From the NCBI GenBank assembly GCA_031270985.1, contig JAISWR010000009.1:1-59480 (forward strand): a stretch of 59,480 nt of DNA, given 5' to 3'. Source of the stretch: Bacteroidales bacterium (GTDB lineage Bacteria; Bacteroidota; Bacteroidia; Bacteroidales; UBA4181). Made by a program: the position numbers and the translations under genes. A model generated the notes under the pieces. It was not told the origin of the DNA, did not search any database, and saw only the letters and a list, made by a program, of their open reading frames with translations. Below are positions 53,401 through 59,480 of this stretch, piece after piece; position 1 is the first letter of the stretch; each line of letters begins with the position of its first letter.

Positions 53401-53640
53401 TTATTTTTTAGTATTGTCTTCAATGTATTTGATTGCTGCACCCACGGTAGCAATGCTTTCGGCTTGATCATCGGGAATTCCGATATTGAATTCTTTCTCA
53501 AATTCCATGATTAATTCCACCGTGTCAAGCGAATCTGCGCCCAAGTCATTGGTGAAACTTGCTTCCGACGTTACCTCTTCTTCGGCGACACCCAATTTGT
53601 CAACAATTATAGACTTAACTCTTGATGCAATATCAGACAT
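53401..53640 (-). CDS. acpP: Acyl carrier protein
   Basis: [16 protein letters not shown] with the phosphopantetheine serine. 79 aa. Confidence 0.95.
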   Translation of the reverse strand: MSDIASRVKSIIVDKLGVAEEEVTSEASFTNDLGADSLDTVELIMEFEKEFNIGIPDDQAESIATVGAAIKYIEDNTKK

Positions 53641-53802
53641 AATGCTTATGTATTAAATTAATGAATAAAAAAAATTTTAATATTTCAAGGTGCAAAGAAA
53701 CGTAATTATTTTTTATCTTCAAACTAAAAACGTGTTTTTATTAAAAAAAATCTTTAAAATATATCATAATGAACTCACGATCAATAGATTATTTCCATTT
53801 CG

Positions 53803-56800
53803 TTATTTGCTTTTATCGGGCGGCGACGGTATATCCGGCAGGGAACGGTATGTTTTTAATTCTTCCAAAATCAGTTCGATTGCTTTGTCCAACTGGTCGT
53901 CGATGCCGACATATTCCCGTGCAGGGTCGTTATCTATGATGATGTCGGGGTCAACGCCGTAGCCTTCGATAATCCAGCGGCTTTCGTCTGCCGCATAGGA
54001 TGCGTATTCGGGTTTACGCAGGTCGGTGCCGTCCACGAAAGGCAGAGAACCGCGGATACCGACTACTCCGCCCCACGTGCGCATGCCGATTATTTTGCCG
54101 ATGCCGTGTTTTTTGAACGCATAGGGGAACAAATCTCCGTCGGATGCAGAATATCGGTTGATAAGCAATACTTTGGGTCCGCGCATCATTTCGTTCGGCG
54201 TCTGGTACGGTTCGGTCACGTTACGTGCTATGTTTGAGCGAGTTACTTCGCGCATCAATCGTTCGATAATCATGGGTGATACGTTGCCTCCGCCATTGCC
54301 GCGATCGTCAATAATCAGGGCTTTTTTGTCCAGTTGCGGGTAGAAATGACCGACAAACTCATTCAGCCCGTCGGTGCCCATATTGGGGATGTGGATGTAG
54401 CCCACCTGTCCGTTCGTTGCCTGCTCCACCTTGCGTATGTTGTTTTGCACCCAATTGTAGTAATACAGAGCTGATTCGTCGGCTATGGGTACCACGATGA
54501 CTTTGCGACTTCCGTCTGTCGTTGGTTTTTTGTTCAGTTGTAGCTCTACTTGCCGGTTTGCCATGCCTGCCAAATGCCGGTAGATGTCGGACGACTCTTT
54601 CAGCGACTGACCGTTGATCGCTATGATGTATTCCCCAGATTTGGCGTTAACGCCTGTTTCCGTCAGCGGGGAGCGTAACGCTTCGTTCCAGTTGGCACCT
54701 TCCAGCACCGTATCAATACGAAACATGCCCGAAGCGGCATCCTTGCTGATTTTAGCACCCAGCAAACCCATGGGGATTCTTGCGGCTTGTGTACGATCTC
54801 CGCCGTTGATATAGGCGTGTCCCACATTCAACTCGCCAATCAACTCGCCAATCAGGTAGTTTACATCATCTTTGGTACGGGCATGGGGCAGTAGCGGGAT
54901 GTATTTATCGTACATTGCCTGCCAATTAACACCGTGCATATTGGGCACATAGAAGAAATCACGCATCTGTCGCCAACATTCGTCAAATATTTGTTTCCAT
55001 TCCGCCTGTTTATTCACATATATCTGCAATCCGCCGAAATCTGCTTTACCATCTTCCAATGCGATTTTAGAGACAGGCACGTCAATCACCCAAAAATCTC
55101 CGCCTTTACGTACCAGCATTTTGCTGCCCTCTGCGGCAATCGTGTAATTCAATCCCTGCCCCAATTCGGTTTCTTTCTGTTTTTCCAAATCATACAGATA
55201 CAGTCCTGAGGATCGGACGTAATATAATTTATTGTTGAGATACTGTAAATTATGGTATGATCCGGCAGGAACAGGGAGGGCAAAGATGCGCGCCATCAGC
55301 CCTGAGGTGTCTATTCTGGTGATGTTCTCGCTTTTCTGTTCCTGTTCTTTTGCTGTTTTTTTGCTGTTTTTTTGTGTGTCGTCCTGTTTGGGCGTTATTT
55401 CGTTGTTTATCGGAGCAAACGGGCTTGGCGTGTCCTCGGCAAGCGTTACGGCATAGATGCCGCTCATGTCCTGATATGCAATGTTCCATTCCACATCGCT
55501 GTAAATTGGGTGAAAGGTGCGATCGGACACAAAAAACAGATACTTCCCGTCGCGGCTGAACGACGGTGATCCGGAATTAAACCAGCGGTCCGTAACGGCT
55601 GTTTTCTGTTTGGTTGCCGTATTGTACAGCCAAATCTGCCCCAAACGGTTGGGGGAGGTTTCGGCGTATGCTACCCAGCGGCTGTCGGGCGACCATGTGA
55701 ATTGACGGTATTCCCAACGGGGGGATTGCGCTACCAAAGTCACTTTCCGTGTGGCGATGTCCACATATTGCAGCCGCATTTTTTTGTCGCTCCACAAGAT
55801 TTTTTTGCTGTCGGGCGACCATATTATACGGAATTTATAAGTATCCGCACCGGTGGTGACGGCTGTAGCGGGTTCGCTGCCGTCCTGCTTTTGGATGTAA
55901 ATTTCGTATTCTCCGCTACGGTCGCTTACGTAAGCTAACCAACGTCCGTCGGGCGACCATACCACATCGCGGTCGTGTGCGCCGGCGCTTTGTGTTAAAT
56001 TACGTGTGACTCCTGTCTTTGCGGGAACGGTGAATATTTCGCCGTGAGCGCTCACCGCTATGCGTTTACCGTCGGGCGAAATATCCGCCGAACGGATTTC
56101 CTGAGATACGTCTTTCCATACGTTGTATCCCGCAAAGCCATCGTCATCTACGCGAATGGTGATTTTCCGATCTTGCTGTGCGGCAATGTCGAAGCAATAA
56201 ATATCTCCGCCGTGTTCGTACACAATGGCGTTGTCTCCTGCCGACGGAAATTTAACGTCATAGTCGGTGTAGTGCGTCAGTTTCGTCGTTTGCCGTGTTT
56301 TGACGTCGTACACGAAGAGATTGGCAATGCGGTCACGGTCGGACACAAAGTAAATCCGGTCTCCGAACCACATCGGGAAAACATCCTGCGCATTATTGTC
56401 GGTGATGTTGTACGTCTCTTTCGTATTGAAGTTGTAGATGCAGATGTCGTCCGCCATGCCGCCGCGATAGTATTTCCACGTGCGAAACTCGCGAAACGCG
56501 CGGTTGTAGGCCAAACTGTTGCCGTCGGGCGAATAGGAACACCAACTGCCTGCGGGCAGCGGTAGTTCTACCGACATTCCGCCTTCAATGGGAACGGTGA
56601 ACAATTGCCCGATAAAATCATTAAAAGACTGTTTTCGCGATCGATACACCACATGTTTGCCGTCCGGCGTCCATCCCATTACGATGTTGTTGGGACCCAT
56701 GCGGTCGGAAACGTCGTCGCGTAACAGGGTGGCAGTGTGGGTGAGTCGTCGTGGAGTGCCTCCTTCTGCCGGCATGACATACACTTCGGTATTCCCGTCG

Positions 56801-57063
56801 TAATTTGCCGTGAAAGCGATTTGCGAACCATCAGGAGAAAAATGCGCGAACATCTCAAATCCGGCGGCATTGGTGAGTTTCCGCGCTTGCCCGCCTGAAA
56901 GCGGCACGGTGTACAAATCTCCCGCATAGGTGAATACCGCACGATTCCCGTGTAACGCGGGGAAACGCAGCAACCGCGTTTCTCCATGAGCAATTGCCGA
57001 AATGAAGCAGGCGCACAACAGAAGCAGTTCTTTGATGCTCATTTTCGATTTCATAATTACCAT
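53803..57063 (-). CDS. Tricorn-like S41 protease (TolB-type propellers + PDZ + S41 catalytic domain)
   Basis: About 1085 aa. Repeated SPDG/SPDS blade motifs, a PDZ-like segment, and a C-terminal S41 region (NRYSASDGDLFPYAFK...GMRTWGGVVG). Alternative starts are ATG 57063 (7-nt overlap with the upstream gene) or ATG 57054 (MKSKMSIKELLLLCACF). Confidence 0.8.
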   Translation of the reverse strand: MVIMKSKMSIKELLLLCACFISAIAHGETRLLRFPALHGNRAVFTYAGDLYTVPLSGGQARKLTNAAGFEMFAHFSPDGSQIAFTANYDGNTEVYVMPAEGGTPRRLTHTATLLRDDVSDRMGPNNIVMGWTPDGKHVVYRSRKQSFNDFIGQLFTVPIEGGMSVELPLPAGSWCSYSPDGNSLAYNRAFREFRTWKYYRGGMADDICIYNFNTKETYNITDNNAQDVFPMWFGDRIYFVSDRDRIANLFVYDVKTRQTTKLTHYTDYDVKFPSAGDNAIVYEHGGDIYCFDIAAQQDRKITIRVDDDGFAGYNVWKDVSQEIRSADISPDGKRIAVSAHGEIFTVPAKTGVTRNLTQSAGAHDRDVVWSPDGRWLAYVSDRSGEYEIYIQKQDGSEPATAVTTGADTYKFRIIWSPDSKKILWSDKKMRLQYVDIATRKVTLVAQSPRWEYRQFTWSPDSRWVAYAETSPNRLGQIWLYNTATKQKTAVTDRWFNSGSPSFSRDGKYLFFVSDRTFHPIYSDVEWNIAYQDMSGIYAVTLAEDTPSPFAPINNEITPKQDDTQKNSKKTAKEQEQKSENITRIDTSGLMARIFALPVPAGSYHNLQYLNNKLYYVRSSGLYLYDLEKQKETELGQGLNYTIAAEGSKMLVRKGGDFWVIDVPVSKIALEDGKADFGGLQIYVNKQAEWKQIFDECWRQMRDFFYVPNMHGVNWQAMYDKYIPLLPHARTKDDVNYLIGELIGELNVGHAYINGGDRTQAARIPMGLLGAKISKDAASGMFRIDTVLEGANWNEALRSPLTETGVNAKSGEYIIAINGQSLKESSDIYRHLAGMANRQVELQLNKKPTTDGSRKVIVVPIADESALYYYNWVQNNIRKVEQATNGQVGYIHIPNMGTDGLNEFVGHFYPQLDKKALIIDDRGNGGGNVSPMIIERLMREVTRSNIARNVTEPYQTPNEMMRGPKVLLINRYSASDGDLFPYAFKKHGIGKIIGMRTWGGVVGIRGSLPFVDGTDLRKPEYASYAADESRWIIEGYGVDPDIIIDNDPAREYVGIDDQLDKAIELILEELKTYRSLPDIPSPPDKSK

Positions 57064-58700
57064 TGGATGCGTTTCAAAATATCTGCCGGAAGGTAGAACG
57101 TGCTGTTTTTATCCATGTAAACAGCGACCGATCCCATATCTAACGGGCGGTGATTCAGGTATGCCACAGAACCAAACGCCGGTACGGTCAACGTGTCCTG
57201 TCCCCTGGAGACGGTCAGTATGGGAAATTTGTCGTTGGCGCTCACCGTGTACGGATAGTCTGCGCACACTTCAGTGTGTTTGGCAAAAATTTTCCGTGTC
57301 AATTCCGGCAAAGAAATGTCCAGCCCCATGACTTTACACAGGTATTCGTTGATTTCAACATTGGTGTGCATGCCCAAAGGAATATCTCCATAAGGGTGGT
57401 AAGCCGCCAAAAACACTTCTTCGGCAGTATGTTGACCGGATGTAAACCCGAAACAGGTTCTACTGTTCATGATTTGGATGATGCTGTATTGCATGTTTTG
57501 GTTGTTGCCTGTTCCGGTGTAATCGCCCATCGTGTAATCTTTCGAATGAATGATACTCAATATTTCATCATCTGTAACGTTTATGCCCGCATATTGTTCA
57601 AACACCGCTTTGATTTGCTCTGGAGGCGTTTCTTTCAGGATGGCTTCCATGCCGGCAGCGGTCTTTTTGTACCCTGCCACAACGCCGAACAAGTCGGCAA
57701 GGCTTGACGAAGGGGAGCCACATCCTCTGCGCCCTGTCGTAAAACCGCTGTTGCCGTGGTCGGGAAGGATAATGACAGCCGTTTCCCTGTTGTTGTGCGC
57801 AAATTCCATCACCGCTCCTACCGCCTTGTCGAAAGCAAGAAACTCGGTGATGCAGGCGACCGCATCATTGTCGTGGGCTGCATAGTCTACGTGACTGCCT
57901 TCCACCATCAGGAAAAAGCCGTTCGGATTTTTGGACAGCCGCGTGAGCGCTTTCCGTGTCATTTCCTCCAGCGAAGGAATTTTTGAGGTGTCTCTGTCCA
58001 AATCGTAGGGATGTCCCGTCTTTTCAAACAATGCCCACATTTTGCCGTCTGCGCTGTGATTGCGGAAAGATTCCCTGTCGTTTTGCAAAAGCGTTGTGCC
58101 GTCTGTTTTGAAAAAGTCGGCAATTTCCGGCGTAACAAAGTTATTGCCGCCTCCGAACATCACATCCAGCCGGTTATGAGCCATTTGCGATGCAATGTAC
58201 GGATAGTTGTTTCTGTCGTAATAATGTGCGGAACAGTCAGCCGGTGTGGCATGTGGAAATTCGCAGGTCACCACAAGTCCGGTCGATTTTTTTTGTACAA
58301 TTCGCGCCGCTTCCAGCACGGTTGCCAATGGCTGGTATGCCATGAAAGGGTCAAGCGGGATGAGGTCGTTGAGTGAATCGACGGGCGAACCGGTAGCCAC
58401 GTAGCCTTTACGCATGGGGATACCCGTCATATAGCATGACGTTGTGGGCGCAGAATCACCTATCGGGGCGTTGGAACAAAAGGTGGACACTGTGCCGCAC
58501 AGGTAAGGGTCGATGTTCAGGCGATCGCCCTGCCCGAGATATTTCATATACCAGCGTGCGGCAGATACCACTCCTATGGACGTGCCGTCGGGAATCATCA
58601 CAATCACGTTCTTTACCGGACGAACGTTTTCCTCCTTCCGTCCGGATGAACACCCGAACAGGAACAATACAACAATAACAGTACAAGCAATTTGTTTCAT
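57057..58700 (-). CDS. Alkaline phosphatase family lipoprotein
   Basis: MKQIACTVIVVLFLFGCSSG lipobox, MIPDGTS, nucleophile region GDSAPTTSCYMTG, and HDNDAV/PDHGN metal-site motifs. Confidence 0.8.
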   Translation of the reverse strand: MKQIACTVIVVLFLFGCSSGRKEENVRPVKNVIVMIPDGTSIGVVSAARWYMKYLGQGDRLNIDPYLCGTVSTFCSNAPIGDSAPTTSCYMTGIPMRKGYVATGSPVDSLNDLIPLDPFMAYQPLATVLEAARIVQKKSTGLVVTCEFPHATPADCSAHYYDRNNYPYIASQMAHNRLDVMFGGGNNFVTPEIADFFKTDGTTLLQNDRESFRNHSADGKMWALFEKTGHPYDLDRDTSKIPSLEEMTRKALTRLSKNPNGFFLMVEGSHVDYAAHDNDAVACITEFLAFDKAVGAVMEFAHNNRETAVIILPDHGNSGFTTGRRGCGSPSSSLADLFGVVAGYKKTAAGMEAILKETPPEQIKAVFEQYAGINVTDDEILSIIHSKDYTMGDYTGTGNNQNMQYSIIQIMNSRTCFGFTSGQHTAEEVFLAAYHPYGDIPLGMHTNVEINEYLCKVMGLDISLPELTRKIFAKHTEVCADYPYTVSANDKFPILTVSRGQDTLTVPAFGSVAYLNHRPLDMGSVAVYMDKNSTFYLPADILKRIQW

Positions 58701-58714
58701 GTTTCTATTTTTTG

Positions 58715-58722
58715 CAAAAGTA
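58715..58722 (-). promoter_or_regulatory. -7 box TACTTTTG for the alkaline phosphatase gene
   Basis: The minus strand reads TACTTTTG, 15 nt upstream of ATG 58700. This implies a very short leader. Confidence 0.4.
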
Positions 58723-58731
58723 TATGAAAAT

Positions 58732-58766
58732 TCCGAATTTTCAAGCGCATGTAGTAAAAATTCGGA
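58732..58766. promoter_or_regulatory. 10-bp perfect inverted repeat TCCGAATTTT-N15-AAAATTCGGA
   Basis: Arms at 58732-41 and 58757-66, immediately upstream of the -7 box of the phosphatase/protease pair. Confidence 0.35.
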
Positions 58767-58955
58767 GCAAATGCGCGAAAATTAAGAGTTGTCAGAAAAT
58801 ACCAAATTATCCGTTCAGGCGACAGCTGCGTTTTTGATTTTATTTCATTAGGATAAAAGCCGTGCGCACCGAACCGACAGTTTTAGAAATGAAATCCCTA
58901 CTGTCCCGTATGATAATCGCTTCCAGCGGGTCGCCTTCCTTTTCACTGCACCCTT

Positions 58956-59480
58956 TCATTTTGTGTCCAGCAGGCGTTTCAATGATGCGATTTGTTTCGC
59001 CTGTTCTTCAAGCGCTTTGTCTTTTTCTTCAAGCGCTTTCGCCTGTTTTTCAAGCGCTTTATCCTTTTCTTCAAGCGCTTTGTCCTTCTCTTCGATAATG
59101 TGTTTCTGCTTCCTTTGCGTCTTCCCGAAAAGGGCGTCAATGGTGCGCAACGCCTCCGCTTCCTTTTCTATCTCTTCGCGCTCCTTCGGATCGGCTACCA
59201 TCTCGTTCAGTACTGATGTTATGAAACGAATGTCTTCATCATCAGACCTGTATATGTACTGTTTGCTTATTTCGGTGTCTTCCCTGATGAAATGCGCCTG
59301 CTCGAAAAGACTCAACAACTCGTTCAGTTTGCTGCCGTAACGTTCGCTGGTAATCCTGCCCGCCTGTATGACATAACTGTCGTGGGTGAGCTTTTCCACA
59401 AAGGGTGACTTTACCTCCAACAGCCTGTTGTGAACCATGTCACGATAATGACGCTCCACCTTGATGCACGGACTGTCTAT
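58956..59480 (-). CDS. Hypothetical protein, C-terminal part with coiled-coil heptad repeats (partial, runs off right edge)
   Basis: The ORF-track start at 59459 is a GTG. The frame stays open to 59480 (IDSPCIKVERHYRD...). The C-terminus is EEKDKALEEKDKALEKQAKALEEKDKALEEQAKQIASLKRLL. I cannot assign a family. Confidence 0.55.
   Translation of the reverse strand: MDSPCIKVERHYRDMVHNRLLEVKSPFVEKLTHDSYVIQAGRITSERYGSKLNELLSLFEQAHFIREDTEISKQYIYRSDDEDIRFITSVLNEMVADPKEREEIEKEAEALRTIDALFGKTQRKQKHIIEEKDKALEEKDKALEKQAKALEEKDKALEEQAKQIASLKRLLDTK
59007..59090. repeat. Four tandem 21-bp units (TTCAAGCGCTTTGTCTTTTTC-like), coding
   Basis: Units at 59007-27, 59028-48, 59049-69 and 59070-90. They encode the 7-aa periodicity of the coiled coil on the minus strand. 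Confidence 0.85.

Noticed and set aside
59007-59090. Regular 21-bp repeats that could superficially suggest a CRISPR-like array
   Set aside because: The units are contiguous with no spacers, lie in frame within a coding sequence, and encode a heptad coiled coil.

Overview
This window reads as a Bacteroidota (Bacteroidales-like) chromosomal segment. It is densely coding, mostly on the minus strand, with about 50 CDS, and its content is largely core housekeeping. The taxonomic call rests on several TAnnTTTG -7 boxes upstream of genes, an rpmB-rpmG-DUF4295 cluster, a SusD-type gene remnant, and the DUF6089-uppS-bamA-skp-skp envelope cluster. Recognisable genes, left to right: speA (5' fragment), a LarA/DUF2088-like protein, an FAH-family hydrolase, pyrI, purB, skp x2, bamA, uppS, two DUF6089-like barrel proteins, a secreted MBL hydrolase, an orphan histidine kinase, an OYE-type flavin oxidoreductase, three uncharacterised exported proteins around tmk, ispD, a polyprenyl synthase, a UxaE-like protein, ppdK, an FG-GAP beta-propeller protein, a MATE pump, ftsY, fur, a Zn-ADH, trpA, mtgA, asnS, PIN-PhoH, an SDR, a large HExxH/propeller/barrel-like protein, rpmB-rpmG-DUF4295, a GH140-like hydrolase, a thioester alpha-2-macroglobulin, a GH2 beta-galactosidase, IPExxxVDY-rnc-fabF-acpP, a tricorn-like S41 protease and an alkaline phosphatase. 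I saw no rRNA, tRNA, CRISPR array, integrase, or recognisable defence or toxin island. I do not find a convincing multi-gene novel system here. The most interesting items are (1) the 948-aa HExxH + propeller + possible Omp85-like barrel protein, (2) a translationally coupled string of uncharacterised exported proteins around tmk followed by an OYE-orphan kinase pair, and (3) signs of gene decay and operon fragmentation: SusD and S41 remnants, orphan pyrI and trpA, ftsY displaced from the L28/L33 cluster, and small perfect tandem duplications in two promoter regions. All family assignments come from reading the translations and from memory of the families. No database search was run.
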